From contig CAXXKJ010000002.1 of NCBI GenBank assembly GCA_963675295.2, forward strand, positions 4,475,757 to 4,539,756: a stretch of DNA of 64,000 nucleotides. The letters are read 5' to 3'. This document shows positions 45,088 through 54,457 of the stretch, one piece after another. Source of the DNA: a bacterium. Its GTDB lineage: Bacteria; Electryoneota; Electryoneia; Electryoneales; Electryoneaceae. The position numbers and the translations under genes were made by a program. A model generated the notes under the pieces. That model was not told the origin of the DNA. It was given only the letters and a program-made list of their open reading frames with translations, and did no database searches. Every line of letters begins with the position of its first letter. The stretch's first letter is position 1.

Positions 45088-45973
45088 ACTGAGTATACAA
45101 CGCATTCAACCGTCTCAGGGTCGCGGGTGCGTGGCCGGCGTAGTGATTGTTGGCGTAAACGAGGATGCGTTTCAGTTTGCCGGAGGTGCGGAAGGTCCGC
45201 AGCAAGTCAGCCCAACGGGTGAGCGATTCGGTGTAGTCGAGGACTTCCTTGTCCCAGCGTTCGACCAGCTCCTCGGTCTTCTTACGGTCGCCGAGCAGAC
45301 GGATGTAGGCGAAGTCAACGGTCAACGGATCCCAGCGTTTGACAACCTCGTCTCCGTACGGCATCCACGCCTGGTCGACCAGCGCGGGCGCGACCTTGTG
45401 GTCCTTGAGCATGGAGAAGAAATCGTCGCTGAGCCAGGCCTTGTTGCGGATTTCGACGGCGAACTCGCGGCCATTGTCGCGGGGCAGGTCGGCGAGAAAA
45501 CGGTCCAGCTTGCTGAAGAAGACCTCTTCGTCCGGGAACGCCTTCTTGTTGAAATACGGGAACTGGATCAGCAGCGGACCACGTTTTTCGCCCAAGCGGT
45601 CCATCGCATGCAGGAAATGGTCACGGACCGGGTAGGTCGCGTCCGGGTCAAGCAGTTTCTCTGGGTCAGGGGCGGCTTTCGCGCCGGCGTGTACGATGTC
45701 CTTCGGGAACTTGGCGCAGAAGAGGAACTGGTCCGGTGTGACCTCGGCCCAACGTTCGACGGTGGACGTTCGCGGGATGCCGTAGTAGGTGGCGTCGATT
45801 TCGACCGTGCGGTACTGCTTCGCGTAGTACGCGAGGAAGTCGCGCGGCTGCGTGCCCTCCGGATAGAAGACACCGACCCAGTCTTTTTCGCTGAACGAGG
45901 AGGTGCCCATCCAGACGATCTCGTCGCCGGGGTAGGTGTCGCCGTGTTCGAGGGGCAGGGATTGTTGGGCCAT
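45083..45973 (-). CDS. DUF72 (YecE-like) family protein
   Basis: GTSSFS..DW.G.FYP, TVEIDATYY, LLIQFP, AVEIR, AYIRLLG, YANNHYAGHAP. Confidence 0.92.
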   Translation of the reverse strand: MAQQSLPLEHGDTYPGDEIVWMGTSSFSEKDWVGVFYPEGTQPRDFLAYYAKQYRTVEIDATYYGIPRTSTVERWAEVTPDQFLFCAKFPKDIVHAGAKAAPDPEKLLDPDATYPVRDHFLHAMDRLGEKRGPLLIQFPYFNKKAFPDEEVFFSKLDRFLADLPRDNGREFAVEIRNKAWLSDDFFSMLKDHKVAPALVDQAWMPYGDEVVKRWDPLTVDFAYIRLLGDRKKTEELVERWDKEVLDYTESLTRWADLLRTFRTSGKLKRILVYANNHYAGHAPATLRRLNALYTQS

Positions 45974-46023
45974 AAATCCAAACACGTGTTAGTACGAACT
46001 GGAACCCAATTGGGCAACTGGTT

Positions 46024-46800
46024 TTACTCAAGTTTGCGGTTGCGCCAGTCATACTTTTTATTCTTGACCACTGCTTTTATTGCTTCAATATCATCTTCTG
46101 AATATACCCGTTTTCCCTTTGCATCTCTTTTGATAGCAGGGATACGACCATCATGTTCGTACATGTAGAATGCTGTTCTATTCAGATCAATTTTGCGTTC
46201 AACTTCTTGAGTTGTGTAGACTTTTCCATGATCTGATGATTTCAGCTTGACCGGGGGACCGTTCACCTGTTTGCTGACCATCTCGCGCACCATCCGGATC
46301 TGGCGTTCGTCCACTCCGAGCAGCTCGAGGAATTTCTGGTGTGCGTCCGGGTTGAGCCGTTCGAACGCGACATGCCACTGGTGCATTTCCGTGTCCGAGA
46401 AGCCCGCCTCGCGAATGACGGACAGCAACCCATGCGGATCAACATAATCGCGGCTGACCTGTTTTACCAGCAGATCCGGGCGTTTCAACAAATTTGCGAT
46501 CGCCTGCTGCTGCAGCGACAGAGTTTCGATCTCACGGGTGACCGAATCGAACCGTTCCTCGAGCATCGCCGCGGCCTGTGAGGATTGTTCGTCTGCGAGC
46601 AGGTCCTGGATCTGGGTCAGGGTCAAACCGAGCTTGCGAAAGCGGCAGATGCGGGCGAGCCGAACATCGTCATCATCGGAATAGAGACGATAATTCTTCT
46701 CCGTGCGTACCGACGGGTTGAGCAGTCCGATGCGGTCGTAATACAGCAGCGTCGTGCGGCTCAGGTTGTGCTTCTGCGCCAGTTTGCTGACGGTGAACAT
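46024..46800 (-). CDS. MerR-family transcriptional regulator with a second C-terminal HTH domain
   Basis: TLLYYDRIGLL..NYRLY; WHVAFER..P.AHQKFL; C-terminal YTTQEV...MYEHDGRIP...KRVYSEDDI. Confidence 0.85.
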   Translation of the reverse strand: MFTVSKLAQKHNLSRTTLLYYDRIGLLNPSVRTEKNYRLYSDDDDVRLARICRFRKLGLTLTQIQDLLADEQSSQAAAMLEERFDSVTREIETLSLQQQAIANLLKRPDLLVKQVSRDYVDPHGLLSVIREAGFSDTEMHQWHVAFERLNPDAHQKFLELLGVDERQIRMVREMVSKQVNGPPVKLKSSDHGKVYTTQEVERKIDLNRTAFYMYEHDGRIPAIKRDAKGKRVYSEDDIEAIKAVVKNKKYDWRNRKLE

Positions 46801-46875
46801 GCCGGTCCTCGATGCGATGATACCATGACACCCGGCATGGCAACGGCACCATGCCGGGCCACACGTTTGTACAGC

Positions 46876-47364
46876 TTACGGATGCGCCGGCAGTTTTGCC
46901 AGCTTACTGCCGGTGCGGAAGTAGTGATTGAGACTCTCCGCGATCCATGAGACCGCTTCTGCAACGACGGTCGGATGACTGGCTGCCATCTCCGTTGCGG
47001 TGGAATCGTTCAGCGCGGTGAGGGTCATGTCCCAGGTCACGGTACTGACGCCGTTTTCTTCCACCACCTCGATCCGCAGGTGCAGCGTCAGCTTGTTCGG
47101 TTGGACGCGGACGAGGTCGAGCTTGTGCTGCTTAGTGTCACGGTCAACCACCACCCACACGGCTTCCATCTCGGTGCCGGGGTGGGAAATCGCGACGGCA
47201 TCGGTTTCGACTGCGCTGCCGGGACCGGGATGCATCATCTCGCAGTCCCAGCCGCTCAGCCAGTCTTTTTCTTCCTCGGGTCCGAGCAACGCGAACACCG
47301 AATCCGCGTCCTTGTTGACCGTAAACGTGTTGTGGTAGGTAAAGCGTCGATTGTTGCGACTCAT
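46876..47364 (-). CDS. hypothetical protein (SRPBCC-like), upstream of merR
   Basis: VFALLGPEEEKDWLSGW pattern; good RBS (GGAG). Confidence 0.6.
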   Translation of the reverse strand: MSRNNRRFTYHNTFTVNKDADSVFALLGPEEEKDWLSGWDCEMMHPGPGSAVETDAVAISHPGTEMEAVWVVVDRDTKQHKLDLVRVQPNKLTLHLRIEVVEENGVSTVTWDMTLTALNDSTATEMAASHPTVVAEAVSWIAESLNHYFRTGSKLAKLPAHP

Positions 47365-47563
47365 CGTAATCTCCACTGTGGTTGTGCCGATACTTCGGCT
47401 GGCGCACCCCAGACTAGACTATGAAGTAATAGACAGGTCAATCCCATGGAGAGCACGATTTCGCACCCGTTGCAACGTCCACAACGTGCTGGATCGCATT
47501 ATCTTCCCACGATCACCGGTGCGCGGTAATCGGGAATCCAAGAGACGGAACTACCTTTCGCAT

Positions 47564-48655
47564 ATGACAGACTCAACGAAACAGGAGAAACCGTCCGCAT
47601 TGAAGGTCATGCCGGGCGTTGAACCGCCGGGCAACCGTGCGGACAATCCCACCGGCGGCAAACGGCGTTCGCTGAGCACGGATGAGTACGTCGAGGGCGT
47701 GCTCTCCGGCGACCGGACACGGCTGGGCCGGGCGATCACGTTGATCGAATCCAACTCGCGCAGCCACTTCGAGCAGGCGCGTGAGGTGATCCAGGAATTG
47801 TTGCCGCGTGCGGGCAAGTCGATCCGGATCGGAATCACCGGCGTACCCGGCGCAGGCAAGAGTACGTTCATCGAAGCGTTGGGCACGAAGCTGGTAGACC
47901 AGGGCCACCGTGTCGCGGTGACCGCGGTTGACCCGAGTTCGACGGTCACCGGCGGGTCGATCATGGGCGACAAGACGCGGATGGAATCGCTCGCGGCGAA
48001 CCCGGGCGCGTTCATCCGGCCGAGTCCCTCCGGCGGCGCGTTGGGTGGTGTCGCCCGGAAAACGCGTGAGACGATGATCGTGTTCGAGGCGGCGGGGTAT
48101 GACGTCATCCTCGTCGAAACGATGGGCGTCGGGCAGAGCGAGATCACCGTGCGCTCGATGGTCGACTTCTTCCTGCTGGTGCTGGTTCCGGGCGCGGGTG
48201 ATGAGCTGCAGGGGTTGAAGAAGGGCGTGGTCGAGCTGGCGGACGCGATCCTGATCAACAAGGCGGACGGCGACAATGTCTCGGCGGCCAAGCGGGCGAA
48301 ACGGGAATATGAGAACGCGTTGCATTACCTGACACCCGCGACGAAGAGCTGGACACCGCACGCGTACACGGCCTCGTCGACCACCGGTGAGGGAATCGAC
48401 CATGTCTGGCAGGTAATCGAGGAATTCGCGGCGCAGACCCGTGAGGCTGGCGATTTTCAGAAGCGTCGGCGTGAACAGGCCCGTGACTGGGTGCATGAGA
48501 TGGTGCGTGAGGCGCTGGTCAAGGCGTTCGCGCAGCACGAGACTGTCCGCAAACAGATGCCGGAACTGGAAACCAAGGTGATGGACGGTCGGCTGCCGGC
48601 GACGACCGCCGCGCATGAACTGTTGAAGGCGTTTGGCGTGGATGCGTTGGCGTGA
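47564..48655 (+). CDS. meaB: methylmalonyl-CoA mutase-associated GTPase
   Basis: GITGVPGAGKST, AVDPSS..TGGSIMGDKTRM, FIRPSPS, VETMGVGQSE, NKAD. Confidence 0.95.
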   Translation: MTDSTKQEKPSALKVMPGVEPPGNRADNPTGGKRRSLSTDEYVEGVLSGDRTRLGRAITLIESNSRSHFEQAREVIQELLPRAGKSIRIGITGVPGAGKSTFIEALGTKLVDQGHRVAVTAVDPSSTVTGGSIMGDKTRMESLAANPGAFIRPSPSGGALGGVARKTRETMIVFEAAGYDVILVETMGVGQSEITVRSMVDFFLLVLVPGAGDELQGLKKGVVELADAILINKADGDNVSAAKRAKREYENALHYLTPATKSWTPHAYTASSTTGEGIDHVWQVIEEFAAQTREAGDFQKRRREQARDWVHEMVREALVKAFAQHETVRKQMPELETKVMDGRLPATTAAHELLKAFGVDALA

Positions 48656-48657
48656 AT

Positions 48658-48828
48658 GGGCTGCGGGCTGTGGGCTACAGGAAAAAGCGGGGACACTTTG
48701 TCCCCAAAGTGTCCCCGGATGTCCTCGTATGCGAGATGGTTGTGAGGACACTTGCAGGAGTAAGTGTCCCCACAACCCAATCCAATCATGCGGATAATCC
48801 CGACCAGCTCACTTGCGATCGGGGCACA
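48658..48828. repeat. composite REP-like cluster (heptamers, GGGGACACTTT palindromes, CCCGACC..TCGGGG module)
   Basis: Palindromes at 48688-48717 and 48740-48775; module TGCGGATAATCCCGACCAGCTC also present at 52727. Confidence 0.8.
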
Positions 48829-48914
48829 CAGACTGGCAACTGCGGGCCCTGAGCTGCGAAACGCGAACTGTGAGCTGTGGGCAACAGCTTGGCAAACACG
48901 AGGGGGGAGGCGGC

Positions 48915-49316
48915 ATGTTTATCAGCTTGTTGGCGGCGACATTCGGTGTCGCGCTGGCTGTCTCCGGTGTGCTGGCGTTCGTATTTCGCAAGCCGATGGA
49001 CAAGATCCTGGCGCGGATTCTGGCGGATGAGATCAGCAAATCATGGCTGCAGTACCTGATTTTTGCGATCTTTGTCGTCGGCATCAGCGGCGGCGTGCGG
49101 CCGTGGGATCTGCAACGCTACATCTCACCGGACACGCCGGACGGTGTCGTGCTCGAACTCAACGCCGAGCGCTGGGTGCTGGAGATTTACCGGACGGTCA
49201 TCGGCACGTTGGAAGGGGTGGCGTGGATGCTGCTGGTCTTTTTCATTGTATCGCTGATTGTGTTCGCGGTGATTCGTATCTTTGAATTGAAACGGGGGGC
49301 ACAGGGAAGCAACTGA
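48915..49316 (+). CDS. conserved hypothetical membrane protein
   Basis: GGAGG RBS; three hydrophobic segments; RWVLEIYRT motif. Confidence 0.75.
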   Translation: MFISLLAATFGVALAVSGVLAFVFRKPMDKILARILADEISKSWLQYLIFAIFVVGISGGVRPWDLQRYISPDTPDGVVLELNAERWVLEIYRTVIGTLEGVAWMLLVFFIVSLIVFAVIRIFELKRGAQGSN

Positions 49317-49331
49317 CTTCCTGCCGAACAC

Positions 49332-50183
49332 ATGAGTCCACAATCGTACAACCCATATCACGGACATTTTCCGGAATTCAACCTCGACCAGGTGGAAGCC
49401 GCGCTCAAGCCGGAGATTCCGAAGATCGGCCTGATCTGGCAGGATGAGACCGGTTCGACCAACGAAGAAGCCCGTCGTCTCGCCAAGTGGGGCGCGTTGG
49501 AATGGACGGTGGTCGTCGCCGGTATGCAGACCGGTGGTCGTGGACGGTACAAACGAGCCTGGGCGTCTCCGCCCGGCGGTTTGTACCAGAGCCTGCTGCT
49601 GCGTCTGCCGCAGAGCGAGTCGCCGATCACGCTGATCCCGTTGCTGGCGGGACTGGCGTTGAAGCAGGGCATCGAGGACGAACTGTCCCGGCTGGGCGGC
49701 GGTGATTTCCACGGCTGGCTGAAATGGCCGAACGATCTCGTCACTGAGCACGGCAAGCTGGCCGGAATTCTTTGCGAAGCGTCCCTGGAGAAAGACAAGT
49801 GGGAAATCATCGCCGGAGCCGGAGTGAACATCGAACCGGTCACGTTGCAGGATGACAGTGATCAGCACCTGCAGCCGGCAACAAGCCTGCTCGGGGAATT
49901 TCCCGATCTCGAATGGACGCGGGAAGAGGTGCTGACGGCGTACCTGAGGCGTTTGAAGCAGGGCCTGGACTTGTGGGGGCGCGACCCGGAACAGGTTCGC
50001 ATGGACTGGTTGTCAGCGTCCGGAATGGAAGGGCGTGAGGTGGAAGCGACCTCCTCGGGTGAGAAGATCCGTGGGATTGCGAAGGGGATCGGGGACAGCG
50101 GCGAACTGTTGATCGAAACCGACTCCGGACTGCGTAAACTGAACGCCGCTGAAGCGCTGATTGTGCGGGATCACTGGCTGTAA
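49332..50183 (+). CDS. birA: biotin--protein ligase
   Basis: STN, QTGGRGR, LKWPND, KLAGIL, GVN. Confidence 0.93.
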   Translation: MSPQSYNPYHGHFPEFNLDQVEAALKPEIPKIGLIWQDETGSTNEEARRLAKWGALEWTVVVAGMQTGGRGRYKRAWASPPGGLYQSLLLRLPQSESPITLIPLLAGLALKQGIEDELSRLGGGDFHGWLKWPNDLVTEHGKLAGILCEASLEKDKWEIIAGAGVNIEPVTLQDDSDQHLQPATSLLGEFPDLEWTREEVLTAYLRRLKQGLDLWGRDPEQVRMDWLSASGMEGREVEATSSGEKIRGIAKGIGDSGELLIETDSGLRKLNAAEALIVRDHWL

Positions 50184-50200
50184 CAACAACCTGGCGACTG

Positions 50201-50992
50201 ATGAGTTCAAGCAACGAAAACCGGCTGCTGCTGGCCCTCGATATCGGCAACACACACATCCACCTCGGCCTCTGGCAGGGGCAGAAACTGACCATCCGCC
50301 GCAAACTGTCCAATGACGGCAACCGCACAGCGGACGAAGCCGGTGTGTTTGTCAAGCTGCTGTGCCGGGACGGGGGCGTCGACCCGATGTCGCTGGACGG
50401 TGTCGGGATTGCCAGCGTCGCGCCGTGGACCGGGCAAGTTTATTCCGAGATGTCGCTGAGTTTCCTCGGACACCGCCCGTTCTTCGTGCACGGTGAGTTG
50501 CCTGGATTCATCAACAAGTACCGCAACCCGCGCGCCGTCGGCGCTGATCGTGTCAGCGACGCCGTCGCCGCCTACGAGCGGGTCAAGGGCCCGTTGCTGG
50601 TGCTCGATTTCGGCACGGCGATCACCTTTGACGTGGTCGCGCGTGACGGATCATACCTCGGCGGGACGATTCTTCCAGGGTTGGAAAACAGCGCGCGTGT
50701 GCTGAAAACCTCTACCGCCCTGTTGCCGGAAGCGCGGCTGAAGATGCCGGAGAAAATGATCGGCACGACCACCGACCACAGCATTCAGGCGGGGCTGGTC
50801 GGCGGCACGATCCACGCGTTGCGCGGCTTGATCGCCGACATCCGGACCGAGATGGGCGAACCGGACGCGACAGTGATCGCGACCGGCGGGATGGCGCATG
50901 TGATCCAGCCGCATCTGCCGGAAGTCAGTGAAGTTGTGCCGGATCTCGTGCTCGAGGGCATCCGCATTCTCTACGAAAGGCACGCGACATGA
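50201..50992 (+). CDS. coaX: type III pantothenate kinase
   Basis: LDIGNT, VGADR, DFGTAITFD, GGTILPG, IATGG. Confidence 0.95.
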   Translation: MSSSNENRLLLALDIGNTHIHLGLWQGQKLTIRRKLSNDGNRTADEAGVFVKLLCRDGGVDPMSLDGVGIASVAPWTGQVYSEMSLSFLGHRPFFVHGELPGFINKYRNPRAVGADRVSDAVAAYERVKGPLLVLDFGTAITFDVVARDGSYLGGTILPGLENSARVLKTSTALLPEARLKMPEKMIGTTTDHSIQAGLVGGTIHALRGLIADIRTEMGEPDATVIATGGMAHVIQPHLPEVSEVVPDLVLEGIRILYERHAT

Positions 50993-52644
50993 GGCGGCAT
51001 CCGTTCCTCGCACTGGCCTGCCTGCTGATCGTTGTTGCCCTGACCGCTTGTGCCACGCATTCCGTTCTCACCAAAGATGCCCGTCTCGCCCGCATTGACG
51101 CTACCTGGAGCGAAACACCTGCGGAAGTTGACCCCTCCGCGCCGCCGCTGACCGTGGTGTATCCGCGTGGGCCATGGCCGGACACCCTGCTCGCCCCCAC
51201 CGACTCCATCATCGAGGGCAGCCTTCCGCCGGAGAGTTTGTTCGTGCTCGGCAGTGTCGCCGATCCACGCGGATCATTGGTCGTGAACGGGATTTCGGTG
51301 CCGATCCATCCTGACGGTGGCTGGTTGGCGTGGGTCCCGCGCGGGCCGATCCGTCTCCTCAGTCCGGGAGAGGAATTTGGGCCGGGACGTATCTCCACTG
51401 TAACCATAGACTACCGTTCGCCCTCCCATGAACAGATGCAACGTCGCATCCTGTTCCTTGACAAACCCGAAGCGATCACGGGCCGTCCGCCAACCGGTTT
51501 CGTGGACCAGCAGACACAGCTGATGGTGTCCGAAGAAAACGCAAAGATCCGTTGCGGCTGGCCGGGGACATACGACCTGTTTCCTCTGCGCGGCACATTG
51601 CTGGACGCCGTCGGCCACACCGGCGACGCGCGAAAGCTGTGGAAAGTACCGCTGGGCGATGGAGTCGTCGGCTGGATTGAAGACATCTATGTGACGGAAA
51701 CGCCGGACGAGCGTCCGCTGCGGCTGGACATCATTCCGTCGGTTGTGGCCAAGGTGGAGCACAATGCGTACGGTCGTGAGATGACTGTGGTTGAAGTGCC
51801 GCTCCGCTACAGGCACGCATACCGCATTCAGCAGGTCGCTCCGGATCAGGTTGAGCTGACGGTGTACGGCGCGGTGAGCCAGACGGATTTGATCATCCAA
51901 CCGTTCGGCAGCAAGACGGTGGACGAGCTGTTCTGGTCGCAGGTGGATTCGACCACGTGGAAGCTGACCGCGCAGATCGACCCTGTGTGGTTCAACGGCT
52001 GGGATAGCGTGTTCGCCGACGGCAACGATCTCGTGTGGACGATCTTCACCACGCCGGAAATTGAAAAACGGCCGTTGGAAGGATTGCGGATCGTGCTAGA
52101 TCCGGGACATGGCGGGGTGGATTATTCCGCGATCGGACCGACCGGCCTGCCGGAGAAGACGGCGAACCTGATGCTGGCGCAGGCGTTGACACGCGAGCTG
52201 CAAAAGTCGGGCGCTGAGGTGATCCCGACTCGAACCAGCGATGAAACGGTTGGCCTGTATGAGCGTGTCGATTTTGCACGGGACCGTCAGCCCGATTTGT
52301 TGCTTAGCCTGCACCACAACGCGTTGGGACAAGGCATCAATCCGGCCAGGCATCACGGCGCGAGCGTGCATTACAACCATCGTCACGCGCATGCCGTGGC
52401 GGAAGCGTTGTACGCGTCGATCCGGAACGGCGGCTGGCCAGTGAACGGGTTGCGCTACCAGGACCTGGCGTTGGCGCGGCCAACGTTCTGCCCGGCGGTG
52501 CTGGTGGAAGCGGGATACATGATGCATCCGGGCGAAGAGGCGTTGTTCCGGACGGAAGCGTACCATGAAGACATGGCGTCGTGGCTGCGTCGGGGATTGG
52601 AAACGTATTATGCCGGGGTGCGTGACCGGCAGCGGGATGATTGA
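50989..52644 (+). CDS. N-acetylmuramoyl-L-alanine amidase (Amidase_3) lipoprotein
   Basis: Lipobox LTAC; IVLDPGHGG, EK, SLHHNA, PAVLVEAGY. Confidence 0.88.
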   Translation: MRRHPFLALACLLIVVALTACATHSVLTKDARLARIDATWSETPAEVDPSAPPLTVVYPRGPWPDTLLAPTDSIIEGSLPPESLFVLGSVADPRGSLVVNGISVPIHPDGGWLAWVPRGPIRLLSPGEEFGPGRISTVTIDYRSPSHEQMQRRILFLDKPEAITGRPPTGFVDQQTQLMVSEENAKIRCGWPGTYDLFPLRGTLLDAVGHTGDARKLWKVPLGDGVVGWIEDIYVTETPDERPLRLDIIPSVVAKVEHNAYGREMTVVEVPLRYRHAYRIQQVAPDQVELTVYGAVSQTDLIIQPFGSKTVDELFWSQVDSTTWKLTAQIDPVWFNGWDSVFADGNDLVWTIFTTPEIEKRPLEGLRIVLDPGHGGVDYSAIGPTGLPEKTANLMLAQALTRELQKSGAEVIPTRTSDETVGLYERVDFARDRQPDLLLSLHHNALGQGINPARHHGASVHYNHRHAHAVAEALYASIRNGGWPVNGLRYQDLALARPTFCPAVLVEAGYMMHPGEEALFRTEAYHEDMASWLRRGLETYYAGVRDRQRDD

Positions 52645-52662
52645 GTTTCGGGCAACGAGCTA

Positions 52663-52762
52663 CGGACTGCGGGCTGCGGGGAAGAATCGTCCGGGGACAC
52701 TTTGTCCCCAAAGTGTCCCCGAACCGTGCGGATAATCCCGACCAGCTCTTTTGCGGTCGGGG
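52663..52762. repeat. composite REP-like cluster
   Basis: Heptamers, CGGGGACACTTT-gtcccc-AAAGTGTCCCCG (52692-52721) and the module shared with 48789. Confidence 0.8.
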
Positions 52763-52836
52763 TCAACAGCATCATTGGGCAGACAACATCATTAAGAAGA
52801 AAACAGCATTGAGATAAACTCCTGAGGGAGCGGACC

Positions 52837-53031
52837 ATGGAAGGCAACTCACGACGGTTGACACGCAGTCGCGACAACCGGGTCATTGCCGGTGTGTGCG
52901 GGGGTATCGGGAATTACTTCAACATCGATCCGGTGATCGTGCGAATCCTCTGGTTGCTGGCTTTTTTCGGCGCGGGTGCGGGCCTGTTGGCCTACATCAT
53001 CGCGTGGCTGGTAATCCCCGAGGATGAGTGA
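52837..53031 (+). CDS. PspC-domain protein
   Basis: RLTRSRDNRVIAGVCGGIGNYFNIDPVIVR...YIIAWLVIPE. Confidence 0.9.
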   Translation: MEGNSRRLTRSRDNRVIAGVCGGIGNYFNIDPVIVRILWLLAFFGAGAGLLAYIIAWLVIPEDE

Positions 53032-53067
53032 TCACGGGAACGTCTACAGCCTTGTACGGAGGACCTG

Positions 53068-53946
53068 ATGAACGATACACATGATGCACCCCGCCGTTTG
53101 TATAGATCGAAGAAGGACAAGGTTATCGGCGGTGTTTGCGGTGGCCTTGGCGGCTATCTCAACATCGATCCGGTAGCGATTCGAGTGGTGTGGCTGGCGC
53201 TGATCCTGATCGGCGGCACCGGCCTGCTCGCGTATCTGATCGCGTGGATTCTGATCCCGGAAGCGCCGGAAGGCAAGGACCCGGGCGCAGTGGAACGCAA
53301 GAAGGACAACACGAAGATTGTCGGCATCATCCTGATCGTGGTGGCGTTGATCTGGCTCAGCAGCGTGATCGGCTGGTTCCACTTCGGCGGCTTCCCCTGG
53401 GAATGGCTCGCGCCTCTGGCATTGGTCGCCCTGGGTGCGGCGTTGATCCTGCGGCCCGGAGTACATGCGGCAGCGGACAAGCAGGATGTGGCATCCGGCA
53501 CGACCCCCCCGCCCCCGCCCCCACCAGCGGACACCAAGTCAGCGGAAGCGGCCGCACCGGCCGGTCCGGCACCCGCGGCGTTGCCCGAACCGGAAGCGTC
53601 GGCGGATGACGAGAAAGCCAAAGCGGAAGCAGATTCGACGGCTGGCGATGAGTCGGAATCGACGTCCGAACCTGAATCCGAACCCGAAGCCAAGTCTGAA
53701 GGCGAGGACGAGAAGAAATCGGACGAGGACGACAAGGATACGAACCGCCCTTTTGAGGGCCGGCTGCTGCGACGCAGTACATCCGACCGAGTGGTTTCGG
53801 GCGTCTGTGGTGGCCTCGCGAAGTACCTGAAGCTCGATTCCACGTTGATCCGTCTCGGCTGGGCGTTGCTCACCGTCGGCAGCCTCGGAATCGGCCTGTT
53901 CGCTTACCTCGCCATGATGCTGGCGGTCCCGGAGGAGGACGACTGA
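53068..53946 (+). CDS. membrane protein with two PspC domains and an acidic Pro/Ala linker
   Basis: GVCGGL motif at both N- and C-termini. Confidence 0.85.
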   Translation: MNDTHDAPRRLYRSKKDKVIGGVCGGLGGYLNIDPVAIRVVWLALILIGGTGLLAYLIAWILIPEAPEGKDPGAVERKKDNTKIVGIILIVVALIWLSSVIGWFHFGGFPWEWLAPLALVALGAALILRPGVHAAADKQDVASGTTPPPPPPPADTKSAEAAAPAGPAPAALPEPEASADDEKAKAEADSTAGDESESTSEPESEPEAKSEGEDEKKSDEDDKDTNRPFEGRLLRRSTSDRVVSGVCGGLAKYLKLDSTLIRLGWALLTVGSLGIGLFAYLAMMLAVPEEDD

Positions 53947-53950
53947 CACG

Positions 53951-54451
53951 ATGGCAGCTTCACGAAACACATTCACCGGTGTCCTGCTGATCATGATCGG
54001 CCTCGCCTTCCTGATCGGGCAGGTCACCAATCTTGCCTTCTCCTGGACCTTCATCCTGATGGGGCTGGGGCTGGCGTTCCTCGCACGCACGTTGATCGAC
54101 AAGCAGAAGGGCTCGTCCGTGTTCACCGGCGTGCTGTTGTTGCTCCTGGGACTTGCCTTCTTCGGGGACGACATGGGCTGGGAGATGCTCGGTGTCTGGG
54201 ACGCGTGGCCGTTCATTCCCGGCATTGTCGGTGTCGCATTCCTCGCGGAATACATTTTCACCACGCCGAAGAAGCAGGGCTTGTTGTTAACCTCGGCGAT
54301 CCTGATCGCAGTCGGGGCGCTGTTCGTGATGGCCGAAAGCCGGTACATGGACTGGTACACCGTCGGTCAGATCCTCGAATGGTGGCCGATCATACTGCTG
54401 ATCATCGGTGTCTGGTTCATCGTGCGAAAACCGGGGAAAGCGGCAGATTAA
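53951..54451 (+). CDS. LiaF/DUF5668-like membrane protein
   Basis: GVLLIMIG, WPFI, WWPIILLIIG helical-hairpin repeats; follows the pspC genes. Confidence 0.7.
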   Translation: MAASRNTFTGVLLIMIGLAFLIGQVTNLAFSWTFILMGLGLAFLARTLIDKQKGSSVFTGVLLLLLGLAFFGDDMGWEMLGVWDAWPFIPGIVGVAFLAEYIFTTPKKQGLLLTSAILIAVGALFVMAESRYMDWYTVGQILEWWPIILLIIGVWFIVRKPGKAAD

Positions 54452-54457
54452 ACTGAG

